From NCBI GenBank assembly GCA_051294375.1, contig JBJCIZ010000886.1:1-46245 (forward strand): a DNA stretch of 46,245 nucleotides, given 5' to 3'. This stretch comes from Paraspadella gotoi (lineage: Eukaryota > Animalia > Chaetognatha). The stretch's first letter is position 1. Every line of letters begins with the position of its first letter. The translations under genes were made by a program, and so were the position numbers. Shown piece by piece: positions 11,891 through 26,659 of this stretch. Below the pieces are notes generated by a model. It was not told the DNA's origin and made no database searches. It saw only the letters and a list, made by a program, of their open reading frames with translations.

Positions 11891-13029
11891 TGGCCTACTG
11901 AGTATGAGGTAAAAGAAAAAGTTATGTATGCAAGATTTATCACGATGCATTATCTGATTAGCTAAATTATGATAGGTCGATTCAAAATAGTTTGCTCAAA
12001 CCATTTTTTATTTACCAACTAAAATATGAACCTAATCCATCTGAAATAGAAGATAAAAAAGATTTAGGAGCAAGAGTTAAAGATAAAATACCATTAAATT
12101 TGATTTAAATAATAATATTTTAAAATTAAATTAAATTACAAAATTAACCGATTTTAATGGTTAACCGTTAAAAATGTTAGTTTCAACGGTTAAGCGAAAT
12201 TCCCAAAAAATTAACGGTTAACGGAACCCTCGCACTATCATCGAAGTGCACGTTAAAATCGGAAAAATTATATAATGGCATATTCGGATTGCTTAACCAG
12301 AGTAATTCTTGAAAACTTAAGTGGTTCTTCTCATAAATTCTTAATATTTCCAAAAAGTACAAAAATGTTTCATATTATTTTTTTATGATTCCTAAAGAAT
12401 AATTGAACGCAATACGCATTTTTTTAATTCACTTTGTCGGTCCATCGGTCCGCCCCCTCAATCTTGTCGGGCATTCACTTATATCATGTCAGAACATCGT
12501 ATTAATGAAAAATAGGACAAGCTCTTCAGACACAAAGCTATCGGAATCGCGAAATTCGAAGTCTCTCATGTAACAGGAACATATAGCAATCCCGTTTGCA
12601 ATTTTAAGTTTATAAACTTTCCCTTTTATTTCTATAGTAAAAATGAGGTTTGAAAATTCTCTGATTATGAGGAGTGCATTTCCCCTGGCTTGTTTGATAT
12701 CAAATCCTTCATCAAATGTGAAAAAACGAATAGGACAAGCTCTTCAGATGTAACGCTATCGGAATCCTGCGTTTTTACAACTGATTTTTACCCGGATTTT
12801 TGGCAATCGCGTTTGCAATTTGGGTAGTCAGATTTGAACTTAAATCTCTATAAGAAAAATGTTGAATCTTTTTTAAATCGAGATTCTCGTCTACTATATG
12901 TCCAGAAAAACTGATTTTTGAAAACTGATATTGCACGAGAGGTTTCTAATGATACTTCCTCATAGATTAAAAGTATAAGTATTATTGTATGATGTACTAC
13001 CCTTTTTCCGACTTTAGATGCTAAATCGA

Positions 13030-14080
13030 TGATAGTGCCTAGTCGGATCTAGCCAAAATCATTTTGGGTAATTAATTAATTAATTAATTAATAATTAATT
13101 CAAGTTAATTAATTATTTAAATAATTGTTTAATTAATTAAATAATTAATTAATAAATAATTAATTCAAGTTAATTAAATATTTTTTAATTAATAATTAAT
13201 TTATTCAAGTTAATTATTTAATTAATTAGGCAATTAATCAATTAATTTGATCCGAAATGTTTGTTTTTGATTGATTAATTGACTGATTAATTATTGATTA
13301 ATTATTTGACTAATTGATTAATTATTTGATTAATTAATACATTTTAAATTTAAATTTAAAATAAAAAGAACAAGAAGCATAATCAATTAGTGAAACAGGT
13401 TCTTTGTTTTTTCCATTTAAACTCATTTCTACTCAAACGATTCCATGGAAACTTGATTTCCAGTTTAATCACCTACTTTTCTACAAAATTTCAAGTCAAT
13501 CACCCCATCCACTCATGAGTTTTTGGTATTCAAATAGTGAAATAAATTTTTTTGTTTTTTCCATTTAAACTCATTTTCACTCGGACGATTCCATCGAAAC
13601 TTCATATACAGCTCAATCACACACTTCCCTACCCACACACAAAATTTCATTCTAATCCATCCATCCAATCACGAGTAATTGGTGTTTTTTGCTGATTTGG
13701 GACGGACGGACGGATGGATGGACGGACATCGTTTTTTTTGCATAATTTATCATAATTGGATGTTCTGACATGATATAAGTGAATGCTCGACAAGATTGAG
13801 GGGGCGGACCGACGGACTGACTAAGTGAATTATAGAGTCGGGATCTGCTGAAAGCAGAGCCGACTAAAAATGATGTCCGACATTGTCCATCTATCCATCT
13901 GTCCGTCCGTCCCTCCTTAGCATTAAACTCCAATTACTCGTGATTAGTTGGTTGCATTAGAATGAAATTTTGTGTGTGGGTGCGAAAGTGTGTGATTGAG
14001 CAGGATATTAAGTTTCGATGGCATTGTGCGAGTGGAAATGAATTTAAATGAAAAAAAAACAAAAGTCACATTTACTTAAA
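13030..14080. mobile_element. Helentron/DINE-1-like repeats (forward copy to about 13870, then an inverted fragment)
   Basis: (AATT)n-like tract, family modules, (GGAC)n and terminal hairpin gggatctgctgaaagcagagccgact. Confidence 0.55.
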
Positions 14081-14208
14081 AGTTTTTTTTACTTATAATT
14101 TACTCATAATTATTATATTTATTAAAGACCTTAGATTGACCGGACACAGTAATAGGGCCAAGGCGGTCGTACGGTCAAGTTGGTCCGAGCGTTGATAAAA
14201 GTGGATAA

Positions 14209-14819
14209 TAAGGCGTAGTAAAATTTCTAAATTTAACTTTAATTAAAATTCTAAAAGTGAGGAACGAACAACATTATACTAATGAACATTTATGTAATAA
14301 AAAAATTTATAATAAATTTTACAATTTACACAGTAGGCCATATACTAGTACTTAATCAATAAATGTTAAAATTTTAAAACAGTTTTTTCTAAGATTTTTT
14401 TGCAGATTTGGATTTGTCATAAAAAGTTGGTAAAAAGAAATATAACTCTTTTTGAAAAATTCGTCCATTAAGTGGGTCAAAAATTAGAAAAAGCTATATT
14501 TTAAGCTGAAAATTATTTTTTTATATATTAAATATAGTTTTTTTAATTTTTAACCCACTTAATGAAAGAATTTTTAAAAATGATTTATATTTTATTTTAT
14601 CAACTTTTGACAAGGAATTCAAATCTGCAATCAAAATTAAGAAAAAAAAAAAATTTTAAAATTTTTCGATTTTATAAGGATAGTACTATATATAAATATA
14701 GCCTACTGCAAAAATTAAAAAACATAAAATTATTTTTTTTTATAAATTAATGTTCACTGATGGTATGTTGTTCATAATTGACTTTTAGAATTTTCGTATG
14801 TAACTTTCACTACGCCTTA
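14209..14819 (+). mobile_element. hAT-like MITE (611 bp)
   Basis: TIRs TAAGGCGTAGT...ACTACGCCTTA and an 8-bp TSD GTGGATAA (14201-14208 and 14820-14827). Confidence 0.85.
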
Positions 14820-15027
14820 GTGGATAAGGAGAGAGATCGTCTCACTTCTTTTCTACTTCTCTTACATCTTACAATTCTTTACCTTTTTTCCTACCTTTAT
14901 TTTCTCATATTTTTGTCATATTATCGTAGGCAGATCCGACATTGTATACTCAAACTTGTTTTAAGTTTAGTTAAGTTTTGAGTCACATGCTGGTCAGATA
15001 CCGCATTATCCCCCTCAACCAACTGAC

Positions 15028-15315
15028 TCGTGACTATGCAGTCCTAGCGAGATGGGAATAAGATGCAACAGGGAGTCCCCCAACATGGTCCCAATCGCCA
15101 AGCAAATCAGGCTCGATATGACGCTTTGGAAAAAGCTCTTTCCCATCAGCGGAACAACGAGGATCCCGATGAGAGAAATTAGGGTCACGATCAAGGTCGC
15201 CAGGAATCCGTAGCCGTAAATCTCCGAGAGAGACTTCTCCGTAGGCGGAGGCGTGGTTGCCTTTTTGGGGACACAGACGCCAGTAACGGCCTGTTGGATT
15301 AGGGCCGGGCAGAGG
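15028..15315 (-). CDS. ZIP transporter exon (PAL motif, TM1-TM2)
   Basis: Manual translation: LCPALIQQAVTGVCVPKKATTPPPTEKSLSEIYGYGFLATLIVTLISLIGILVVPLMGKSFFQSVISSLICLAIGTMLGDSLLHLIPISLGLHSH. CPALxxQ and LAIGTxxGDxxLHLIP are hallmark LIV-1 motifs. Acceptor cag, donor GTCAGT, phases 2/2. Confidence 0.92.
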
Positions 15316-15492
15316 CTGTTGGGCAGAGAAGAGGAATAATCAATTTGCGACCAGATTAGTTTGATTTGATATATTGAATGATTTGACTGATTGATTTATT
15401 AAATGTTTAATTGAAGGTTTTGAAAAGACAGAATAATTGTTATGAGTTAGTGACAGAACGGTTCTACATAATATATATATTATGGTTGACTA

Positions 15493-15670
15493 AAATCCAC
15501 CGACCGTTCATCAGCGGCCATTGGTGCCGGAGGCAAGTCATTCGCCTCCCAACCCAAAGATCCGGGGTTCTAGCCCGGTGGTCGCCTTGCAGTTAAGAGG
15601 GACGGGGTGCTTAACTCGCCTGTAACATGGTTTTATAGCCTGATCCGAAGCTCAGGGACTGCTTATATTG
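15493..15670 (+). mobile_element. tRNA-derived SINE-like repeat
   Basis: A/B-box-like segments (tggtgccggagg; ggttctagcc). A homologous inverted copy lies at about 26660-27170. Confidence 0.5.
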
Positions 15671-16767
15671 AACGGTTCTGTCATAACATTAATTACTGTT
15701 TCTTCAATATATATCTAGCTTGAACCCTGGCACCAAAATAAATACTTAAAGTTTATCTATTAACCAAATCATATAATTACATTTAGAATCATAATAGTAT
15801 CCTTTACAAAGTCTCCTTAGATTATTGTTTTGAACTAAGTTCGGAGAGTGGTTTCATTGACTTGCTAACTTTTCCGGGCTAACTCTTCGCCAAATAAAGC
15901 GTTGGTATTTGTGGCGTAATGGCGCAGAGGAGACGATGGCGCCGGTCAAAGACGCTCAGTAGTTGAGGACGACAAAGTCTCGGCCGAAGGCGAAGCCCAG
16001 GACGTACAAGTAGTTGTAGTAAAGTAAAGGTTGTGTAAGTTAAGAGGAAGTTAAGAGTTGTGTAAGTAGAAGTTAAGAGAAGAAGTTAAGAGAAGAAGAA
16101 GAAGAAGAAGAAGAAGAAGTTCGAAGTCCTGGGCAAAGGATAAGAAAACATTTAATACAAACTCAGCAAATATATATATATAAAGTTTAAAGAATCTTTC
16201 TTATTTCTGAAGCCATAATTGTACAAATAAGGTTGCTTCTCTCACAGGAAAGTCCACCAATCCAGCAATTACCAAATAGTTTCTTAAAACTAAAGATTCC
16301 GAGATTTATAGAGAAAGTGCAAGAATGGACAGATCTGACAGCTCACATCGATAAATCATAATTAGAATCTATCGAAATCCGATGAACCAATCAGAATCCG
16401 CCACGGAATCTGTACTTAAGTATATATATAACAAAAGTCTAAATAAAAAGATGTTTCTGAAATCGCTGAAAAGTTGGCAATTCTTGCGTCAGTAAAAAAG
16501 ACAAAAGAGCATCGGGAGAAGGTGGAGAAGCTGGATTTCATCGTGATATAAAAGATAGTTATTTCGTAACAATTATTATTAATTATAAATGACATACAGT
16601 CGCATCCGTATAGAATTTCTGAGACGGCAAGCTCAATAACTCGAGTACAAATGATAATTTGAAACCTAGTTTTTGTCTTGATATCGAGTAAGCTTCGGTA
16701 AGCTATTGCTCTACGACCACTATTGCATTGAAGTCTTAGTTTTTAAACACTCGGCCATCTCGTTATT

Positions 16768-18240
16768 AAACAAGTTTGAGCAAACAATGTCGGATCTGCC
16801 CACGATCATTATCGGTAATTAATTTATTAATAATTAAATAATTCAAGTTAATTAATTAATTAGTCAATTAATTAATTAATTTGATCCCAAATGTTTGTTT
16901 TTAGGTCTTTTCGTCACTAACCACGATAAAAGCAATGACGACGATGAGAATAATGTCGATAACAATTGACTTGATTGATTGACTGATTAATTAATTATTC
17001 ATTAATTAATTGACTAATTGATTAATTAATTGATTAATTATTTAATTTAATAATACATTCTGCATTTACATTTAATATAAAAGGAAAAAGAAGCATAATC
17101 AATTAGTGAAACAGGTTTTTTGTTTTTTTTCCATTTAAACTCATTTCCACTCAAACGATTCCATCGAAACTTGATTTCCAGTTTAATCACACACTTTTCT
17201 ACCCAAATACAAAATTTCAAGTCAATCGCCCCATCCACTCATGAGTAATTGGTGTTCAAATAGTGAAATATAAATTTTTGTTTTTTCCATTTAAACTCAT
17301 TTCCACTTGGACGATTCCATCGAAACTTCACATACAGCTCAATCACACACTTCCCTACCCACACACAAAATTTCATTCCAATGCATCCATCCAATCACGA
17401 GTAATTGGTATTTTTTGCTAAGCTGGGATGGACGGATGGACGGACGGACGGACGGACGGACGGACGGACGGACATCGTTTTTTTGGCATAATTTATCATA
17501 ATTCGATGTTCTGACATGATATAAGTGAGTGAAATTTTGTATTTGGGTAGAAAAGTGTGTGATTCAACTGGAAATCAAGTTTCGATGGAATCGTTTGAGT
17601 GGAAATGAGTTTAAATGGAAAAAACAAAGAACCTATTTCACTAATTGATTATGCTTCTTTTTCTTTTTATTTTAAATGTAAATGCAAGATGTATTAATTA
17701 ATCAAATAATTAATCAGTTAATTAATCAATTAGTCAATTAATTAATCAATAATTAATTAATCAGTCAATAAATCAATCAAAACAAACATTTCTGATCAAA
17801 TAAATTAATTAATTGCCTAATTAATTAAACAATTAACTTGAATAAATTAATTATTAATTAAATAATTAACTTGAGTTAATTAATTATTAATTAAATAAGT
17901 AATTAACTTGAGTTAATTTTTAATTAATTATTAATTAATTAATTACCGATAATGATCGTGGGCAGATCCGACATTGTTTGCTCAAAGTTGTTTCCATTTA
18001 AACTCATTTCCACTCACACGATTCCATCGAAACGTTATATCCAGCTCACACTTTTCTAATTACACAAAAAATCTAATTCCAATCCATCCATCTAATCACA
18101 TGTAATTGGAGTGTTTTGCTAAGGTGGGACGGACAGACAGACGGAAATCATTTTTTTTGCATAATTTATCATAATTCGATGTTCTGACTTGATATAAGTG
18201 AATGCCCGACAAGATTGGGGGGGCGGACCGACGGAACGTT
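16768..18240. mobile_element. Cluster of Helentron/DINE-1-like copies (forward, inverted, forward)
   Basis: 5' end aacaagtttgagcaaacaatgtcggatctgccc at 16769 and its reverse complement at about 17960-17992, with (GGAC)n and family modules. Confidence 0.55.
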
Positions 18241-18329
18241 AAAAATGATGCAAATTTAAACAATGATGCAAGTTAACAAGTGTTGCAAGTTAAAAAAAAT
18301 CTTAAAAGAATAGGATCGAGCCTACCTTC

Positions 18330-18960
18330 AATGATAACCAAATATTGATGCGATGATAACCAAAGGATTGATGCGATGATAACCAAATGATTGATGCGAT
18401 GATAACCAAATATTGATGCGATGATAACCAATAATTGACGCGATGATAACCAAATGATCGATGTGATGATAACCAAATGATTGATGTGATAATAACCAAA
18501 TGGTTGATGCGATGATAGTCATTTATTGATGTGATGATAATAATTCATTTATACGATGATAGTCATTCATTGATGCGATGATAGTCATTCATTGACGTAA
18601 TGAATCATTCATCATAAATAAAACAAACAAATGCGTGTAAGGGTGAAAGATAGAGAGAAAGAGAGAGAGAGAGAAAAAAAAAGAGAGAGAGAAAGAAAGA
18701 GAATAAATCCACGAAAATCTCGGATGTAAATTTGGGATTTTGCATTGAGAAAAAATCGGGGAATTAATGGCGATAATAAAAGTTTTTAAAAGGAAAAAAA
18801 TAATCACAATTTTTCAAAAAACGATCATGCAAGAGATCGTACAGAGAGAGAGAGAGACAGAGAGAGACAGACAGAGACAGAGAGAGAAAGAGAGAGAGCT
18901 GGACAGCCGCTGGAAGGCAGCTGAACAGTCACTGCAGAGCCTGAACTCGTTTTTAAATGG
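18330..18960 (+). repeat. About 23-bp minisatellite (tgatgcgatgataaccaaatnat) plus (GA)n, part of a dispersed repeat family
   Basis: Tandem units are visible at 18330-18600. The same family occurs inverted at 32640-33170 and 45250-46245. Confidence 0.75.
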
Positions 18961-18988
18961 TTCAGAAAAGGCAGCAACTGACAAAATA

Positions 18989-21900
18989 TTTTTTTTTATT
19001 AATACCAAAAACAGTATTGACATAATCATAAACTGTAACAGTGTAAAAGACTGGAAAACTAAACTATGTAAAAACAAAAGACACTAACGTTTAAAAGACT
19101 GGAAAACAAGTAAAAACTAAACTACATATTGAAATTCAATAAAAAAAAAGACAATAATGTTTAAAATCATTAATAATAATAATAATTAATAATAATAATA
19201 ATCATTAATAATCGTAAACTGTAACAGTGTAAAAGACTGGAAAACTAAACTATGTAAAAACAAAAGACACTAATGTTTAAAATTATTAATAAATGTTATG
19301 AACTAATTCATAAGAAACTATAAAAAATAACGTTCAAGAACGTTCAAGGATCAAATGTAAAAATCATAAAACCGGAAAAAGTAAAAAACGAAAAATGTCA
19401 AATGTCAAGAGAAGTAATAGTTTTTATTTTAAATTTAATATTCAAGGTTTTGTTTTATAAAAAGTCATTATAAGTATTTAATGCATGGTGTTTAACATAT
19501 ACCTAAAAATATATATTTATAAGGTGTTAAAGTAAAGGGCAGAGGGACCACAATGCTATGAATAGAAATATCAAACTATAATCAATATATATATATATAT
19601 AAATATATATATAAATATAAGAATAGAAGAATAGAATAGAATATATATATAAATATAAGAATAGAAATATCAAACTATAATCAATATATATATATAAATA
19701 CATATATAAATATAAGCACCCAGATCAACAGAAAAAGACGCTAATAAAAACAGACAAAGAGACGCTAAAAACGAAATGAGACGCTAACATATACACAAAA
19801 CGACATGAGACGCTAACAGAAATACAAAACACTATATCACGTAAGTGTAAGAGACTAAGAGTACACGTATATATCACGTAACTATATCATGTATGTATAA
19901 GAATAAAAATAATTCCTACATCACCAATAAATAGAAACACTATCACAAAAATGCAAGAATAAAATAATCCTTTCACCAATTAATAGAAACACGATATCAC
20001 GCTATAAACTGACAACAGACGCTACCACATAAAACACAAAAAAGACACTAATAAAAAACATATAAAATATAAATATGTGGTCCCTCAATACCCAATACAA
20101 GATACCCTCATTGATTAAATAAGTTCCAATAGCCAATTTTAACCCGTAATTGAGAATAAGTTTCTGCAAATGACATTTCACTCAACCTCTTATTGGCTCC
20201 CTGTACCTCTAAAATGAAGTCAGGGGGATGATCAGTTGGGACAATATTTTCAAAAATCCTTTTCCTCTGAGAGCGTGGAGTTTTATTCATTGCCATATTT
20301 AAAAATTGACCAACAGTCTCAATTCCTCGTTCTACTATATTACTATTCCATGTAAATCAGTCACATTTGTATTATATGGTAATTATCAATTGGTAAATTA
20401 CCCGGCTCAAATTTGAAAGGCAAGCATGACCAAGCCCTTACAGCTTCAGCATAAAATCCCACCAATACCAATGGTAATCCCGCTACATTTGCCCTAAGGC
20501 TACCCAATCCATAAAACCCACATGCTTGTCCTCCAATAAGCTCATCCGCTAAAACTCTAGCAAAATATTCCCTTGGCATGCTTAACAACCGTTTAATCCA
20601 CATTATTCTCTGCACTTTAACCTTATTCCTGATATCCATTAATTGAGCTCCACCTTTATAATAAGAATCGCTCAGTCTATCTTTAGCAGTCTCTTTTCTA
20701 CCATAAAACATCCAATTTTCTACCTCAGTTTCTAAAGCATTAATATCTCCCCATGGAGGCGTCAACAATTCTGTTCTATACCATAAAGCAGAATACAGAA
20801 ATATATTAGTAACCTTTGCCCTTCCTAAGGTTGACAATGGCCGAGTTTTCCAGAGGGTCAACTTTGACTTAATACCTTTAAAAACATCAGCAAAATTGGC
20901 TTTTATCAGATCAACTCGACCTACCCACATTCCTAAGACCTTTGCCATGTCTTTCCAGGCCAGACCACAGAAATCCTTAGTTTTATTTTTCCAAGGTCCT
21001 AACCACAACCCCACTGACTTACCCCTATTTACCCTTGACCCTGCTGCCCTTTCATAACGAACTGCCTTTTCCATAAACTTCTCTACCGAGGCCTCTGACC
21101 CCAGGAAACCCTGGGTGTCATCGACATAGACCCCTACTTTTTCTCTCAGCCCCTTTAATTTTAATACCTTCTATCATTCTATCCTTCCTAATGGAGTTTG
21201 CAAAAACCTCAGCCACTAAAATATATAGGGTCATTGAAGGAGAATCACCCTGTCTCAATCCCCTGTCAATCAATATCTCATCAGACCAATGCCCATTAAC
21301 TAATATCTACTAGTTACCTTATTATAGAATGTCCTTACCCACTAATTAAATTCTACCAAACCAAATTTTTTTAAAGTTTAAAAACCATACTGTGGTCAAC
21401 CCTAAACATTTCTCAAGATCTAAAAAAAACAAAAGCGCCTCCTACCTCATGAATTTACAATAATCATGTAGATATGTCGCTCCGCGCTTAAAAAAAAATC
21501 CGAAAGAACGAAGCGGTTTCTGATAATTTTGGTTCCTAGCAATTTGCACCAGTAGCGCAGTAAATATTAAAAACCATGGATGATTTCTGAAACTGCAGTG
21601 TTTGGGCTATCCAACGCCGCCGGAACAAAGAAAATCCATAAAGGTCTTGACTAAAAAATACTGAAAATAAACACGACGCTTGGTCTGAATTCTTTTTAAT
21701 TTTTTTTTATTTTGCAGTATTTACTGTATAAGTCAATTAAATATACAGCGGTCATGCACTGATTCCGATTCTGTTGGGTTTAGCCTAACTTTCAAGCACA
21801 TAACGAAAAAATAAATTGACGACATAGTAAGAAATAATAGCAATTAATCCAAATTTTTTTCTCAAAATTTGTATTTCTTTGTTTCTTACTGTTTTTGCCA

Positions 21901-24900
21901 AACATGCCCTTTAAATTATAAAAATAAAGATTAGCTAATGAAACTACAATGTCTTAGGTACATTTCGTTGCCGGAACAAGAGAAAATTCATTGATATCAT
22001 AGTATCAATATGGAGCCTTGAAATAACTTATTTTCTTTGAATTTACCCCTTTATTGATAAAAGCCTTGTATTATAATAAAAAATAAAAACAACAATTTTA
22101 ACATAATAAAAAATATTATATTAATATAGCTAATGGGCATTATGCAAAGGTTTTAATTTGCACCTGAAGATGACAAAATTTAAAAATCTGATAATATAGC
22201 CTTTTAGCCCTATGTCAGTAGTTTTTAAATCAGCCGGAACAAAGTTTGAACTCCTAAATTTTCATATTTAAATCATATGTTTTTTAAGGTTCCTTCATGA
22301 ATTTTTTAAATTTTTTTGTTTTCAACAAATGATAATTCATTATCCTCAGTAATTATATAAACATTTGAGGTATAGAAAATTTTTGTTTATATCAGAAACT
22401 ATAATTCAATCTTTTCTCTTTCAGAATCTATATTTATTTATTTTTTTAAATACAGCCAAGTGTGTTTAATTTAATTTCAAAAGTTGTTAACTTTTGACTA
22501 AGATTCCGATCCAGATTTTAAAAAAATCCGTTGAAATATTTGAGAAAAATTACATGGAAAGATGTCCCATAATTATGGCTTTAATATGATACCAGTCTCA
22601 TCGTTCTATCATTTTTGGTTCAAAGATATCAAAGAAAATCAATTTTTTTATTACCAATTAAGTCACTCGGCCAAAGCTAAAAATTTAAGTGGAACCAAAA
22701 AGAAAATTTAACGAACGCAGATTTGTTTTAAAAATTGGGCGTGGAAATGACCATTTTTTTGTAGATTATTTTTCAACGCGTGGGTCGATTGATTTGAAAT
22801 GTTACATCAACAATATTGACATCATTTCCTATCAGTAAATGTAAAAATATTTAAAATAACATTATAAACGACCAGATAACTTGTCTATCTAATCAATGAC
22901 ATCCTGTATTACATGCAAAACATCTGATATTTTTCTCCCTGGTAAGCCTGCCTGATCTCATGCACCAATCCAGGTAAAACCTCTACTAATCGTGCATTAA
23001 TACAACCACTTATCATTTTATAATCTACATTTATTAAACTGACTGGTCTATAATTTTTGACATCCTCTCAATCACCCTTCTTATATATAAGACGAACAGT
23101 TCCCTCAGACATTGACCTAGTCACTCTTCCACTCTGAAAAACCCACTCAATCACCTCCATAAAGTCATTTGCCACCAAACCCCAAAAGCATTTCCAGAAT
23201 TCTGCAGGGAAACCATCCGCCCCAGGTGACTTACCAGAGGCCATTCATTCATTCATTCATTCTATCACACAAATATTTTTGCTGGTCAGTCAATCTCATA
23301 TCCACTTGATTTAAAAATTCATCTTGAATATTATCATCAATATCTCCTTTACTAAACATTTCTACATAGTGTTCATGAGCAACATGAAGCACGCCCTCTG
23401 ACCCTTCCCTGACCTGACCTTGCTTATCTTTTAATGCATAAATTAAACTACCATTAAATCTCATTTTCTCAATCCTACTAAAATACGCTAAACCCGATTC
23501 CCTCGTCTCAAAATGAGGTGCCCTCGACCTTATCCTTGCCCCTTCAGCCTTCCTCTCTTCTTCCTCTGCTAACCTTTCTTTTACGTAAGCCAAATGATCC
23601 TCATTAAAAATAGATCCCTGACCATTTCGAATTTCATTTTCTAACCTTTCTTTCTCTTTTTCCAAACCTTTAATAATCCTGCTTTCTCTTAATCTCTTTC
23701 TTCTTGCATAATCTGTAGTAACACTTCGCAAAACAGATTTGCCACAGTCCCCCATTCCCCTAGGTTATCAAACTCATCCTTACCTTGCCTTAAATCTTCC
23801 CATGTCTCTCTAACCAGTTGAATATATTCGATATCTAGTAACAAGGAAACATTAAACTTCCAATATCCACAACCTATTTTTAATTTTTCTTTAAGTTCGA
23901 CTTTTAACATTTTATGTCCATAACTTACCCATGGACAAGCCTGGGAAGTGATTTTACCCACTTCTCCTGCTATCGTTATATCAACATAAACTCTATCAAT
24001 CCTACTTTCAATATCACCAGCCCATTTAAAAGTAAAATCAACTTCATTACCATTTAAAAGTCGAAAAACATCTAGCAAACCAGCATCTCCTCTGCCACTT
24101 AGACTCACAACATTATCTATCACATCCCAATCATTAGATACAACGCAAATTATGCCTGCATAATCATCACCAACAATAGCTGGGCTATGCAACACCTTGT
24201 ATCTCAATTCCATATCTCTTACAGCCTGACATAATTCAGCATCATCTTTGCAATGTGTTTCCTGAATAGCCATTATCCCTAATCCCTTATCAGCATTTAA
24301 AAGATTTAATAGCCAATCACCCTTCCTCTGTCCTATATCACCCTTTAATCCTCCACTATTCCATATCGCTACCCTGTAAAGTGTAATTCGAATTTTTCCC
24401 TGTCCAAACTGCCCTCGTTGAAGTCTCCATTTTTGTTCATAACCAAAATTATTTTTAAAAACTTTTAATATTTGAACCATTAAAAATTAAAAATTAAAAA
24501 AAATGAAGATTCATAAAAATAAGAAATTTTTTTTTAATTTATGAAAACAAAAACAAAAACAAAAAATACAAATGCAGAACTTAAGAAAACAAAAACAAGA
24601 ACAAAAATAAAAATTGGATTCATTTTATAATAAATTTTTAAGCTCATTTAAATATTTAATTATAATAAATTTTAAAACTCATTTAAATATTGCAGTAATC
24701 TCTAGTATTTTGAATATTTAACTCTATATCTTGAATCTCAAATCAGTCCTTAAGTATAAATAGAGAATAAAACTTATTTCGGCGTATAAAAACAAGAAAA
24801 ACGGAAAAAATACAAATAAAAAGAAACACAATCAGTTTCCCACCCTATCCCTACGAGAAGTGTGCTGTCCCCTTCCCACACCTGGAGAACGAGATCTGTC

Positions 24901-25495
24901 CCTTTCCACAAGAACGACAGCGCCTAGAGGGCCTCGTGGAGGCGCTTGCGAAGGAGATTGATTGATCAATCGATTGCGCGCTTCCGATCGCAGACGCAGA
25001 CGCTGAGGCAGCGGAGGCAGCGGTGCCTGTGCTGGAGCTTGTGCTGGAGCCTGTGCTGGAGATGCCGATGCCGATGCCGATACCACTACTTCACTGACTT
25101 CAACAAAATCGTCATCGTCGTCTTCATCACCATCCTCTTCCACCTCCACCAAAGGCGGACATCTCCCACGTGGGTGCATCTGCGTGCACCTGAGACAACC
25201 AAATTTGTAGTGGTTCTTAAAAATCCTTGAGTAAGCGATCTCTGTCACTTGCACCCCATCAAAGACTCTCTCTCCCATCTCTCTCTCCACCACTCTTCCC
25301 ACTTCCTCTAACACCTTGCTCGTTCCTGTTGCTGAATAGTGGACACCGTCTTCAATCACATCTTCTTCTGCTTCCCACTGCAAACCCTCCAGTGAAACCC
25401 ACAGGCTTCCACTTCCTAATGCCACCGCCTTCATTGCCGATCGTACCATCCTCCAATGATGGTCTCCATCTGTCTCTCCATGAATAGGCCATGAA
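18989..25495 (-). mobile_element. L1/Tx1-like LINE, 5'-truncated and degenerate
   Basis: ORF1 remnant at 24832-25449. ORF2 has an APE endonuclease (AIWNSGGL, MAIQETH, SRIDRVYV, GYWKFNVSLL) and an RT (SPGADGFP, NYRPVSLINVDYK, GLRQGDSP, YVDD near 21120, LSTLGRAKVTN). A long repetitive 3' UTR ends in AATAAA/poly(A) at about 18990. Confidence 0.9.
21467..22889. mobile_element. 1.4-kb non-coding element inserted in the LINE RT
   Basis: Flanked by a TAATCA duplication (21461-21466 and 22890-22895) that interrupts the RT frame at ...QDVIDY|C.... Part of it is repeated inverted at 1160-1611. Confidence 0.7.
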
Positions 25496-25650
25496 TATTT
25501 TTTTTTTTTTTTTTATTAATACCAAAAACAGTATTGACATAATCATAAACAGTAATAGTGTAAAAGACTGGAAAACTAAACTATGTATTGAAATTCAATA
25601 AAAACAAAAGACCCTAACATTTAAAAGACTGGAAAACAAGTAAAAACTAA
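25496..25650 (-). mobile_element. Additional 3'-end fragment (poly(A) tail) of the same LINE
   Basis: Matches 18989-19140, including the T-run tail. Confidence 0.7.
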
Positions 25651-26659
25651 AAAAAAAATATATAATTTAAAGAAATAAAAGAAAGGAAAAAAATGTTACA
25701 ATTGTTTACAATTGGAAATCTTTACAATTTTTTCCAATCATAGATTGTAAAAGATTTTATTTTTATTTGTATTTATATTAAGATATAGCTTGTCATTAAA
25801 AAGGTCTTTTGATTTCACATATTTTTTATTGATTCAAAGATTTGTTTATGAATTTCATCTTCAATATTATTTACTGCAATATGTAAATTAGATTAAAGCA
25901 TTTCTATATACTAATTTGGATATTATAATGAGTACTATAATCTCATTTGCATATTGCAGTAAAATTGAAGTAAAAATTCAAACAAAAAATACTTGAATCC
26001 AAATGTAATATGAAAATTTCAGAGCTATTTCAAGATGAGAAGCCATATCTAAATTTTTAACTTACACTTTTATAAAATTTAATTGTAATTTATAATAATT
26101 TTAATTTAAAAAAAAACAGTAAGTCCCAGCCAAAACTATAAAAGCGTAGTAGTTTTTATATAAAAATGCGTGACGCCAACGACGATGACGATGACGACGC
26201 CGACGTCGACGACTTCCCAAAGAAGCTCACCCGAATCAATATCGAGCCTGAACCGGCTTCGCCGGTAGGCTCGATAAAAATTATGCTAGTTGAAAAAATT
26301 ATTCAAGCTGAAAAAATGGTGCGAGTTTAAAAATGATTCAAGTTGAAAAAAAATACTAGTCAAATAGATTATTTGTACCATAGTAACAGTTCAGTTTAAT
26401 CCCTTGCATGCGATTTACATGTATTGGCGCAGCTATTGGTTTGGTATGGTACGATCTGTTATGATCAGTTAAGATCACAAATTGAAAGAATTATCGTGAT
26501 TTATCTTCTGATTAGCAAATTACCGCTTAATTTCGTAGGCAGATCAGACATCGTTTGCTCAAAGTTTGTTTGTTTGTTTGTTTGTTTAGACCTAGTCTTG
26601 CTTGATGTTATTGTCTGTACTGAATCAACCATGTTGAATTCGAAATAAAATGCATATAA

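Noticed and set aside
16500-16546. LLHLLP peptide on the minus strand as ZIP TM2
   Set aside because: The frame is short and closes with a stop, and the true TM2 (GDSLLHLIP) is in exon 15028-15315.
18330-18600. Repetitive ORFs and a possible array
   Set aside because: This is a head-to-tail minisatellite without unique spacers, and the ORFs are repeat artefacts.
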